From Schmidtea nova (Eukaryota), in contig CM097884.1 in assembly GCA_044892505.1 (NCBI GenBank), positions 68,696,001 through 68,760,000 on the forward strand: a DNA stretch of 64,000 bases, written 5' to 3'. Of this stretch, positions 38,301 to 49,200 are shown in pieces; within the stretch, counting starts at the first letter, position 1; every line of letters starts with the position of its first letter. The notes beneath the pieces were generated by a model. That model was not told the origin of the DNA, did not search any database, and was given only the letters and a program-made list of their open reading frames with translations. Both the position numbers and the translations under genes were made by a program.

Positions 38301-40350
38301 TTCACAATACGGCAGTTATGATCGCGAGCAATTCAAATCGATACATTTTGGTAGGGATAATTTAATTTGCCCGGAAATAATGAATAAGAAAGAAACAAGA
38401 AATGAATTTATTCATGAATATAAACAAATACAGTAAGAATTTATTTTATTGGGATATTATTTCAGTTTTATTTATCAAATTAATTTTTCTTTTAAGATCA
38501 TTGACATTTTTGCAAGCCGATCTTTTATTTATTGATAAAGCACTCAACTATCCGGGATACGGAGAAGAACGATATCATGCAAAAGTAGGGAAAATTTTCA
38601 AATTTTTTCTCTAATTTTCAATTTTATTTTTAGTCACTGAAATCGCAAGATATTTTCATTGGAATATCTCCGAAAGGAATAACAGTCTATCACCCGAATC
38701 CAGAAGCGTTTTCATGGAAAAGTTACATCAATTGCTATGAAATGCTGGGAAATCTCACAATTTTATATTCGGACAAGATCGGAAAGAAACAATCCACAAT
38801 GTTGCGAACATATGATAATGGATTTCTAATAGAACTGTTCAAACGGAACGAATATGCATATCGGTAATCAAATATTGATTTTATTAATATTCCATTGATT
38901 GTTCCCATTTTATTAGAATGCTTCACAAGAAAACCTACAATATAAATATCACTCCAACTAAACAAATGATAAATGTAAGTAAAATCTTAATTTTTCACTA
39001 TTGATATATTCAATTTTTTATCGAATACTTTTCTTTTTGTGAGACTACCTTAATTCGTGCTAAATATGAAACACAATATTAACTGGTAGCCTGAGAGAAT
39101 TGGGAGCAATATTGAAACATACAAAAAAATTAAGAATATGAAAACTTTTTAATTGGATATTTTAATGATTTTTTTGTTTTTTATTTAGGAATCTGAATAT
39201 TCATCGGAAAAACCACCAATTCCAAAAAGACATAATTTTGTTTTAAGTGCAGAAAAAGAGAATGAAATTTTCACCAATGAAATGCAATCTCCGATTGCTT
39301 CAGAAACTTCATCCAATGAGTGCGATGAGAGAAATCAGTTGAGCGATCAAAACACAGATGACTCATGGTATCACAGTGATAACAGCGTATCTAGTAAGAA
39401 ATCAACGAAAGCACTTGTTTGTGATCAATATGTTATGAAAGGAAATCGCACTTCCGAACCCAGCGCCAGTTCACAATATTCATCAGATGAATCGATTAAA
39501 ACCTTAGAGGAAAACGAAGTTCAGAATTCAGCCAATCACAAAGAAAGTTGTTCCGAAAATCGATGCCTCCTCAGTTTCATGGATAATATCAAATCGGGAA
39601 ATTCTAGTGTCACGGGAAATATTGATTTACTTTCAGAACTAAATGGCGGCGAAGATCTGGAATTAATTAAAAAAGGACAATGGACAAATCTTTTCGATGA
39701 AGTTTACCGATACATGGATTATTATGAGCTGCAACATGACGGCGATTGCAACAATGAAACATTGAAACAGAATTCATTGCAAATTACCGAAGAAACGCCG
39801 AAAGAAATAAATGATTCGGAAAAGAAATACAATTCAACATCGAAATTGGAAGATCAAACTTTTCATGAATCTTTCAATCCGAATAAATTGTCAACAAAAA
39901 CTAAAAAGAAAAAAGGATTTTTGTGGAAATTGATCAAAAGTTTGAATAACTATTTCCGATAATTGGGAAAATTAATCATTTACATTCATGGAGGATTTTT
40001 ATATTTCTGATTGAATAATTGATAAATGTTTGCTGTGGTATTTATTTGGCTTTCATTCAAGTCAAATTTATAAAATATCCCGATTAATAATGTTGTGCTA
40101 ATATAGTTTCGGTAGGACTAAATTTTATTCTGACTCCTTGTGTTCTTTGAAAATCAATGAAATCCAACAAAAAAAATGTTTATTTATTAAGAACACATTT
40201 CCACAACGTTAATACACTTCGATTTTTGCTTTGGCTAAACTATCCGAAGGACGTCACCCATGAAATCTGATAGAGATGATATTCATTTTTAATCACTGAC
40301 GATTCTCCTTAATTTTCTAAAATTCTTAAATTTCTTACTCAAAATATTTT
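35311..40350 (+). repeat. 5.0-kb segment duplicated directly at 52013-57106
   Basis: Both copies start ATTTTCTAGCGGGATAG and end CTTACTCAAAATATTTT. Near identical apart from a 12-bp minisatellite expansion at ~53560-53630. Confidence 0.95.
37568..39962 (+). CDS. FERM (band 4.1) domain gene, copy B; 9 exons, 599 aa
   Basis: Exons 37568-37759, 37811-37918, 37971-38010, 38070-38196, 38250-38432, 38497-38584, 38634-38863, 38917-38974 and 39189-39962 join via GT-AG introns into an 1800-nt open frame. FERM motifs: ICQDLNIVEKNFFGLQY, RWLKP, FQYYP, YYLIEQLKNDI, YGSYD, QADLLFIDKA..YG, DIFIGISPKGITVY..FSW. Acidic/Ser-rich tail. Confidence 0.92.
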
Positions 40351-41424
40351 TGTTGAGGTTCCAAGAATCTCAACTTGATGAACTTATATAAATAAATAAG
40401 TCAAAGACTGGTTCTTTTCTAAACTTTATTTAAATTATAACAATTTACAATTTTGATAAAAATTAAACAATTACCTCACAAAATATATGTATCAATTTCA
40501 ACATATATTTTATATATGTATAGATGCGTGTGTGTGTGTGAATATTTGCAGCTTCCTGAGCTCGGATGTGTAAATAGGTATGCTCAAATTATGTTGTAAT
40601 ATCAATTTATTGAATTTACAACTCTTCTTTAAAGCTTTTGATTTTTGGGTGATTTAACTGAAAAATCAGTCAGTTTATATACTAAATTTTAAGGCACTTA
40701 ATCTGTCAATAATGATTGTTATTTTGCCTCTTGAGTTGATTGAAATTGTTTTTGAAAATAGAGTTGTTTTCAAAACAGAATTGTTTTCAAAATTATTTTT
40801 TAACCTTGAGATATTATTTCATTTTTCTGACCTTGTAGGTCAGAAATATAATTTATTTAAACAAACAGTAATTTATTTATTTTTAATTTATTTAAACAAT
40901 CTGTATTATTTATTTATTTATTTTATTATTATTATTATTTATTGAATTAAAATATTAAAATATAAATGAAAATATAATCCATTTTCCAAATAGTTAAAAA
41001 ATTAATTTACATAAAATATTTTCAACACAAAATATTTTTTCAAAATTATATAAAATTTTGTCCATCACCATAAAAATGTCAATAAATGTTCGCAATATCA
41101 CAAATGATAAATTGTCAAATTTTAAATTGTCATGATGATAAATTGTCATTATAAAAATTAATTTTCAACAATATTTTATTAACAGAAACAAAATAAAATT
41201 ATCCCATAAAAATAAAAATTGCCAGATAGTCATCACATAAAATATTATCATATAAAATCACTAAAATCATAATGTCATTGAATTTGATATTTTCCATTGT
41301 CTATCTATTTTAAAAAAATACATCAACAAATAAAATCAATTATTCATATCATCAATTATCAAAACCAATAAAATAAAAGAAAATGTTATCACAATCAAAT
41401 GTAGTTCATCAAGTCAAATTATTA

Positions 41425-43179
41425 TCATTGTTGGCCTGGGTTCTGATTGTTGTTATCCACATACACATTTAGTCTGTACTTATTTGCCCCTATTGTATAA
41501 TTTTCATCTATCTCAAAATTTTCGACTATCTTCCCTGTATCTAACACTACTCCCTGGGGCGTCAAGGTTATGTCCTCATAACCTTTTTCAACATAATATA
41601 TGTGTATTTCATTCCCATCTACAATCACTGTTGTTTTCTTTACATTGCTATTATATGTGACAGTGATTTCTGGCATGGGTTCTTCTATTGTGATTTGAGG
41701 TTCTGGTCCTAATTCATCTTCTTCCATTGGCTCAATTCCTTCTACTTCCAAATTAGAGTTATCTTCATCTATTGTTATGATTTCAAATGTTGGTTTCTTA
41801 TTTCCGTCCGATGTGGAACAATTTTCTTTAATTGTTTTCTTTGTTATTGTTTTCATTCCATTGTCAGCAGCTTTTTCCCATTCGGTTTCTGTGAGTAAAT
41901 ATAGTAAGCGAACTATTAAGCAAGTTTCACCAACATTAAAAGGTTCTGGTTTTAATAATATATTATTAAGTTTTTTGTTTCTCTTCAGATCATTTGTATT
42001 CTTAATAATCTGAAATGCTAAATTTGATAATTTAATCCTGTCTTCCGGGACATTATTGACGAATGTTTTCATATATTCGGTGTTCGAGAGTTCTCTTACT
42101 CCCATAATATCATCCAGGTCTATTGTGACACTTTTCAGTTTTTTCATAATGTCGAAACCTACTATTATTTTTCCATAGAGGTGTTTCTTGATTTCTAACA
42201 ATGCTATGAATTCGTCCATATTGCCTATACTATTTTCTCTGGTAGCCATTGTGATTTCTGGAAAGAATCTTTGTATTTTTTCTCTTGGGGTAATTTTACT
42301 TTGAAATAGTGTGTCTCCTTTGTAGTTTCTAATACAGACATCTACTGGTCTGTACTCTTTATTAAAATCTTGTACCGCTTTTATGTCTACAAAAGTTATT
42401 TTTCCTTGTCTTTCTTCGGGTGTTAGTGTTTGCTTCGTGAAAGGTATTTTCTTTTCTACGAATATGTTATCCATTCTAATGTCTGACCAAATGGGTTCTA
42501 ATTTTTTAAAGGGATTTTCTATTGTGGGTACATATAATATTTCAATTGCAATTACACATGGCATATTGTGTAATTGTATAATGATATTGTTGAATTCTGT
42601 AGACAATTTACGTTCTCTAAGGGTTTTAAATATTATTGATGTATTGTTTGCAGTCGCTAATACTTTATCGTTGTGTTTTAGTGATATTGTTGTTTTGGTA
42701 GTATGAATTACTATTCTATGGGGAATTTTGATGCCTTCTCTTGCATCTCTATCTGCATTTTGACTTTCTTCAAAACTACCTATAATTTCTTTTAATTTAA
42801 ATCTTCTTGATGAGTTGAATTTTACGATGATCATTTCTCTTTCTTCTATATCTACTTTTAATGCATTTGGTATGCATACCTGATTCGGGAATTTCCTTAG
42901 TGTAATTTCTTCATCATCTGTGTGAATGCTATTTTGAATGATCTTATAAAATGCTGTGTGGTGTTTATATGTGGTGCATGTGGATGTGCATGTGGATATT
43001 GTTGAGCTTGACTGATTGTTTGAGGCTGATTGGTTCATTGGTTGGATTGTTGGTTGATCTATTCTAAAAATAAAATATGACATTATATATTTTATATTAA
43101 TGCAGCTGTAGGACCTACCCTTAGATGCAATATAATATATTGTCAGATATGGGTAAATTTTATAAATTATTGGACACAT
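41425..43179 (-). CDS. Element ORF2 (584 aa): beta-rich N-domain, inactive DEDDh exonuclease-like domain (~41900-42405), acidic linker
   Basis: FVDIKAV..PVDVCIRNYKGDTLFQSKITP..EIT..LYGKIIVGFDI..VRELS..KLSNLA..FNVGET follows the REX4/ISG20 pattern, but the catalytic E, D, H and D appear replaced. Confidence 0.75.
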   Translation of the reverse strand: MCPIIYKIYPYLTIYYIASKGRSYSCINIKYIMSYFIFRIDQPTIQPMNQSASNNQSSSTISTCTSTCTTYKHHTAFYKIIQNSIHTDDEEITLRKFPNQVCIPNALKVDIEEREMIIVKFNSSRRFKLKEIIGSFEESQNADRDAREGIKIPHRIVIHTTKTTISLKHNDKVLATANNTSIIFKTLRERKLSTEFNNIIIQLHNMPCVIAIEILYVPTIENPFKKLEPIWSDIRMDNIFVEKKIPFTKQTLTPEERQGKITFVDIKAVQDFNKEYRPVDVCIRNYKGDTLFQSKITPREKIQRFFPEITMATRENSIGNMDEFIALLEIKKHLYGKIIVGFDIMKKLKSVTIDLDDIMGVRELSNTEYMKTFVNNVPEDRIKLSNLAFQIIKNTNDLKRNKKLNNILLKPEPFNVGETCLIVRLLYLLTETEWEKAADNGMKTITKKTIKENCSTSDGNKKPTFEIITIDEDNSNLEVEGIEPMEEDELGPEPQITIEEPMPEITVTYNSNVKKTTVIVDGNEIHIYYVEKGYEDITLTPQGVVLDTGKIVENFEIDENYTIGANKYRLNVYVDNNNQNPGQQ

Positions 43180-43273
43180 ATATAGATGATTTTGATATAA
43201 TTTTATTGGGTAAAATGATTTCTGAAATATGATTGGATGGGCTATTTTACAATTTATGATTGGGTTTTTTATT

Positions 43274-46200
43274 TTAACAAAGGGTAGATAGTGTGTACCT
43301 TCCAGGTATATATCTAATGAGAGAACTCCGATAACGCTGCCTCTTCCACTTATATTTTCTATAAGTTTGCGTTCCTATCCACATTGTTATAGTTATTAAT
43401 AATATTATGCTAAAAATTATTACATACATTGGCCATGTTTTATATAAAAGTTTTGGTTGGGGGTGATACAGATTTTGAAATTCTTCCCAGTTATTTATTG
43501 TTATTGCAGGTTTATTTAATGGTATTCTATTTAATATTCTAGGTTTTTCCGTTTGGGATCTTCTCTGCTTTTTCCTTTTGTATATTTTCTGAGATTTTGT
43601 TTTTATTATTTCACATTGGGTCTTTTTCAAATGCCACATTGGTGTTTCTGTACAGAAATAATAATTAGTGTCGGGTTTCAAATTTGTGTATCTGTCGATA
43701 TATTTCTTTTCGTTATTTTTCGTCTTTTGTATAACTTTTGAATTATTAATAAATTTTAAGTATGATTGAATCATTGGGTTCCTATTTAGATTAATAATTG
43801 TGATTTTATCATGTTCTCTTATTATTTTTATATCCTTGTTATTAATTATATTTGCATTAGCTGTATTAAATATAATGAGGGTGATTATTGATATCATTAA
43901 TATACTTTGTGGTTGTGATCTTAAGTTGTATTTATGTGGTTTTATTATTGGTAGTTCGTCTTCTGCAAGTTTGCATCTATTGACGTGCACAACAGTTGGA
44001 TCCTCGTTCTTATTTTTTTGGATATGTAAATTTTCGTTGATCACTTTTATGACTTCGTATGGGCCTTTAAATGGTCGTGCTAGTTTAGTTGTCTTACCCT
44101 TGCCTACTTGTGGTGACATTAATCTAATTTTGTCGCCTATTTTAAAATTATGAGGTTTAGCCGTTTTATCGTATTCATCCTTGTATTGTTCTTGACGAAA
44201 TTTAACTTTTAGATTAGTTATTTTATATACTTCTTGTAATCTTTCTTGCATTAGCGTAACATAATCTGGGGTGTCTAAATATTGTGATATTTTTGGTTCA
44301 AAGACCGTGTCAATTGGCATTATTGGTTCCCTTAAGTACATCAAATAGTATGGTGAATATCCAGTTGTTTCATTTGGTGTGATGTTATGGATATAAGTAC
44401 ATTGGTTTATATATTCATCCCAGTCGTTTTGATTTTTATTTACAAAAACTGATAGTCTATTCAATAATGTACCATTAAATCTTTCTACTAATCCATCTGT
44501 TTGAGGGTGGTATGCTGTTGTATTTATTTTTTGTATATTAAAAATATTAGCTATTCTAGAAATTGTTTCGCTCATAAAATTTCTTCCTTTATCGGTGAGT
44601 AATTTTCTTGGTGTGCCTAACTTAAATATAATTTTTTCCGTTAATAGCTTAGCTACTGTTTCCGCTGTTTCATCTTTTGTTGGAAAAGCTTCTGCCCACT
44701 TTGTGAAATAATCACTAAAAACCAATATGTGTTTATTACCGTTTATTGTAGTGGGTAATTTGCATAAAAAGTCCATGGCACATAGTTCCATAGGAGCTGT
44801 TGTTACAGGTATTGGACGAAGTGGTGCTCTTGTTTTAGTACCTGTATTTCTTCTAGTAGCACATATAGTACATGCTTTACACCACGCTTTAACATCATTT
44901 TTTAAATTTTCCCAGTAGTATTTTTGTAATAGTCTATTTGCTGTTTTTCTGGCTGATAAGTGACCTCCTAGTGTTCCATCATGATATTGTAATAAAAGTA
45001 TTTTTCTTAATTTTTGAGGGACTATAATGAGTTTATTCCCTGTCGTGCTTTCTATTATCAATAAATTTTTATTGATTTTATATTTATGGTTTTTTCCTTT
45101 TTTAATTTCATCTCTTATTTTTGATAAATCAGGATCGTTCATTTGTTCTTCATATATATGTATAGGGTTTTCTGCAACTATTGCGAATACTTCTAGAGCA
45201 CTTAATTCTGGTATACGAGATAATGCATCTGCATTCTTATTTATTCTGCCAGGTTTATAGATAATTTTAATTTGCATATCTTGAATCTTCATTGCCCATT
45301 TTAATAATCTACTTGAAGTATCTTTATGCTTCCATAACCCTTCTAATGGTTTGTGATCGGTTCTTATTATTACTTCTGATCCGTATATATATTGCTTGAA
45401 CTGTTTTAACGCAAACATAATAGCATAACATTCTTTCTCTATCGTCGAATATCTGATTTCAGCATTCTTTAACGTTTTGCTTGCATATGCGATGACGTAG
45501 TCTTTTCCTTTTTCCTCTTCTTGGCCTAAGACTGCTCCTACGGCTTTCCCGCTGGCATCTGTCATAATGATAAATTGTTTAGTAAAATCAGGGTATCTAA
45601 GTATTGGTGCAGTCACTAATTTTTCTTTCAGTTGTTCAAAGGAACTTTGTTGTCTTTGAGTCCACAATTTTTGTGGTTTTTCGTTAATTTTGTTTAATTT
45701 TTGGACTATCAGTGTTTTTCTTCCATCTTCCTTTGTTTTTACTCCTTTTGTTAATTCAATTAATGGAGCTGCTATTTTAGCATAATTTTCGATAAATTTT
45801 CGATAATACCCTGTTAAACCTAAAAATCCTTGTACTTCCTTAACTGATTTTGGTATTGGAAATCGTTGTACTGTTTTTATTTTGTCTGGGTTTGGGATTA
45901 TGCCTTCTACTGAGACAATATGTCCTAAATATAAGGCTGAAGGTTCTGCCCATTTACATTTTGTAGGTTTAATTTTAATTTTTGATTTTCTAAATCTTTC
46001 TAATACATTTTTTATATCTTCTAGATGTTCCTCGAATGTTTTTGATGCTATCAGTACATCATCCATATATACTGCGCAATGTTGTACATCTATCAATATC
46101 GTATTCATTAGCCTTTGAAATGTTGCTGGTGCATTTACCATTCCGAATGGTAGTCTTAAGAATTCGTATAGCTCATTTTCTATCACAAATGCTGATTTTT

Positions 46201-49200
46201 CAATATCTCCTTCTTCTATTTGGATTTGCATATATCCTTTATTAGCATCTATGACCGTAAAATATTTAGCGCCTCTTAGTTTATCGTATTGTTCTTGTGC
46301 CTTTGGAAATGGATATGAGTCTTTTGTTGTTACTTCGTTTAATTTTCTATAATCGATACACATTCTAATTTCGCCATCTTTCTTTCTAACTGGTACTATT
46401 GGTGAAGCCCACTGTGAGAAACTTTGTCTAATTACTCCTGCCCCTTTTAGTTCATTTATTTGTCTCTTTATTTCTTCTCGAAGTTTATATGGTGTTACAT
46501 AGGGTCGTTGTTTTATTGGTCTAGCGTTCCCTGTATCAATTACATGTTTAATGATATCCGTGTCTCCTAGATCAAATTCGTGCTTTGCAAAAACATCATT
46601 ATATTTATCAATTAATATCTGCAATAATTTTTGTTGAACCTTGTCCAGATAATCGTTATTTATTGTAGTCTTTTCGTAAAATTTAATGTCATTCGGTTTA
46701 ATTGTATCTTCAAGGTTGTTACTTTCTATACTTATCTCGCCAATATCGTATTTATATTTTGATAATTGACCTAATTTTGTACCTTTATGAATTTTTATTT
46801 TTCTGTTTTCGAAATTGGCAATTCGAATTGGGATTATACCCTTTTTGGGTATTACACATTCGTCCGTTAGCATTATATTTCTATTTTCTGTAATCGTTGT
46901 GTTGGGTTCGAAAATAAATATGTCATCACTTTGAATATTAACTTTTATAGGTATAATATTATCACTTTCATATTCTAGTTCAAATTCTTCTATCGCGCTT
47001 ACTTCTATCGGCTTTTTATAACTTTTGTTTATCTTTCTTTTTATTTTGTTATCTGACAAATCTATTACATGATTCTTTAATTTTTTCAGAATATCTATGC
47101 CTAGAATACATTTCCTTTGACATATATCTGCTACTCGGAACACATGATCTATGGTCTGATTTTCAAAGTATACTGTAAGTTTTACGTTTCCTTTAATAGG
47201 TATAGTGTGTGAAGAAAGTGACAATAATTCATCATTTGTTGATGTGATATTTTGAAGTTGTTTTTCTGTTAGTAGATCTTCTTCTATCAATGATGCAGCG
47301 GCACCGGTATCTACTAGCGCATTTAGTATTTGATTGTTTATCGTTATTTGGGTTCTTGGCCTCATGTCGTTCGCTTCTTCTCTTTCTTCTAGTCCATAAC
47401 ATCCGTATACTTTCTTTGGTTTTCTTATCAGCGTGTGGGTGTTATAATCTTTTAGAGGTATATTAGTTTCGATCTCATTGCCTAGATTTCTTAATTGATC
47501 CATGTGTATAATATATGGTCCTCCTTGCGTTGGTTCCGTGTGATCGAATTCTTCCGTATGATTATTTTCTTGATTGGTATTGTCATCTATTAGTCTTTCT
47601 TCTGTTGTCTTTCTTATTATTCTTTTGATATCTTTATCATGTTTTGCAGTTATTAAATATTTTGCAATAAATGGACATAAACAAGCTAGCATTTTGTATG
47701 AATTGCCAAATACTTGTCTCAGCTGTCTTAATGATACTAGTGATGAACATATCATTTTTAGTAGTGCAATAGAATAATAGATGCCGAGTATGGTTGAGAA
47801 GGTATTTCCTAGGATTGCAAAGTATCCCCATATACTATATAGAACTCGATAAACTACCTTCTTGAAGTGTTCTTTTGATAACAAGATGTCGAAATTGTAT
47901 TGTCCATCGTGGCTATTCTCGATAACTTTGCTTGCTATTATTGTTAGTACTTTCTCCTTTTCGTTCGGAAATAATAAATGTTTTCTTGCACTTTCTATGT
48001 CTTCCTTTGTATAAAGTCCATTGTTATCAAAATCATTTACTTCTATGAATTCTAGTTTCTTATCTAGTTCTGTCATTTCTAGATTTAGTGGTCTTATTGC
48101 TACCTTCTTATCTGACATCGTTATCCATGTTTCGTCATCTAATTTATATAGAGGGTCTAATAAGTTTGTACATTTATCTATTCTCTTAGGTATGTAGTTT
48201 TTATCTGTTAGTATCCTTGTTATGGGTTGTAAGTAGACTTTCTCTCCCTTATAAATAACTGGTAATTCGTTTGTACATTGTTTGTTCGTAGCTAATGATA
48301 CACTGACTGGTTTACATTGAAATGTTTGGATTACTTCGCCGACAACTCTAGCAAATGCGCCTCTTTCTGAAAAGAGCATTGGGGCCATTAGATCCGGATT
48401 TGTAATTGCTAATGCCATTTTCGTTCTTAAAATTTCTCGGTTAAGCTTACAATCATTTATTATTGTTTCTTGATATACCCTATCTAATTGCATTAATTGA
48501 TGGTGATAAAAATAGTCGATCTTATTATTGAAATATGATGAAAGTTTAATATCGTATTTGTTTACTTTTATTTTCGCATCTTTTATTTCATCTTTACTCA
48601 AATATAGACCTTTATAATTGGTTTGTATTATTGACTTTCCACATTTTATAATTTCCCCTTTACTAACAAATCTCAATGCTTCTCCTGAAGATTCTGTCAT
48701 ATATATTGTGGGTGTATCTTTTTCTTGGATTACAATTGTCTTTCGTTTTCTATCTCTTACTTTAGTTGATTCTGTATTTGTAAACTGTTTGCCTTTAATT
48801 GCTGTAAATTTTAGCGACTTCAATATTGTTAGAGGACAATCGTATGGATCAACTTTATATATTACTATTGATTCACCAGTGTCACAACTTACTTCTTTTG
48901 ATGTACAGAAAGGGTGTGTCATCATTTTTTGTGTTATGCTGTCAAATGATGCTTTAAACTGTCTAAGTTCGACAATGTATTCTCGTCTTACAACGGCGTT
49001 TTTTATAATGTGTCCCCATATTCTATATTCCCCACCTTGACAATATCCTCCCTGTGAAGACCATCCAATTACATCTACTCGTTGTTTTACTCGTGCACCT
49101 ACCTGTGCTTTTAGTTCGATTTCATGTATTTTTATCTTCTTTGATTGAAATGCATTTTCACACTCTTGTGGTGTTATTATAACTGTGTCTGGTGTAAATG

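Noticed and set aside
32563-39962. Short ORF-track entries (61-76 aa and 226 aa) as separate genes
   Set aside because: Most are exons of the spliced FERM gene read into introns, and the 76-aa ORF is antisense to exons 7-8.
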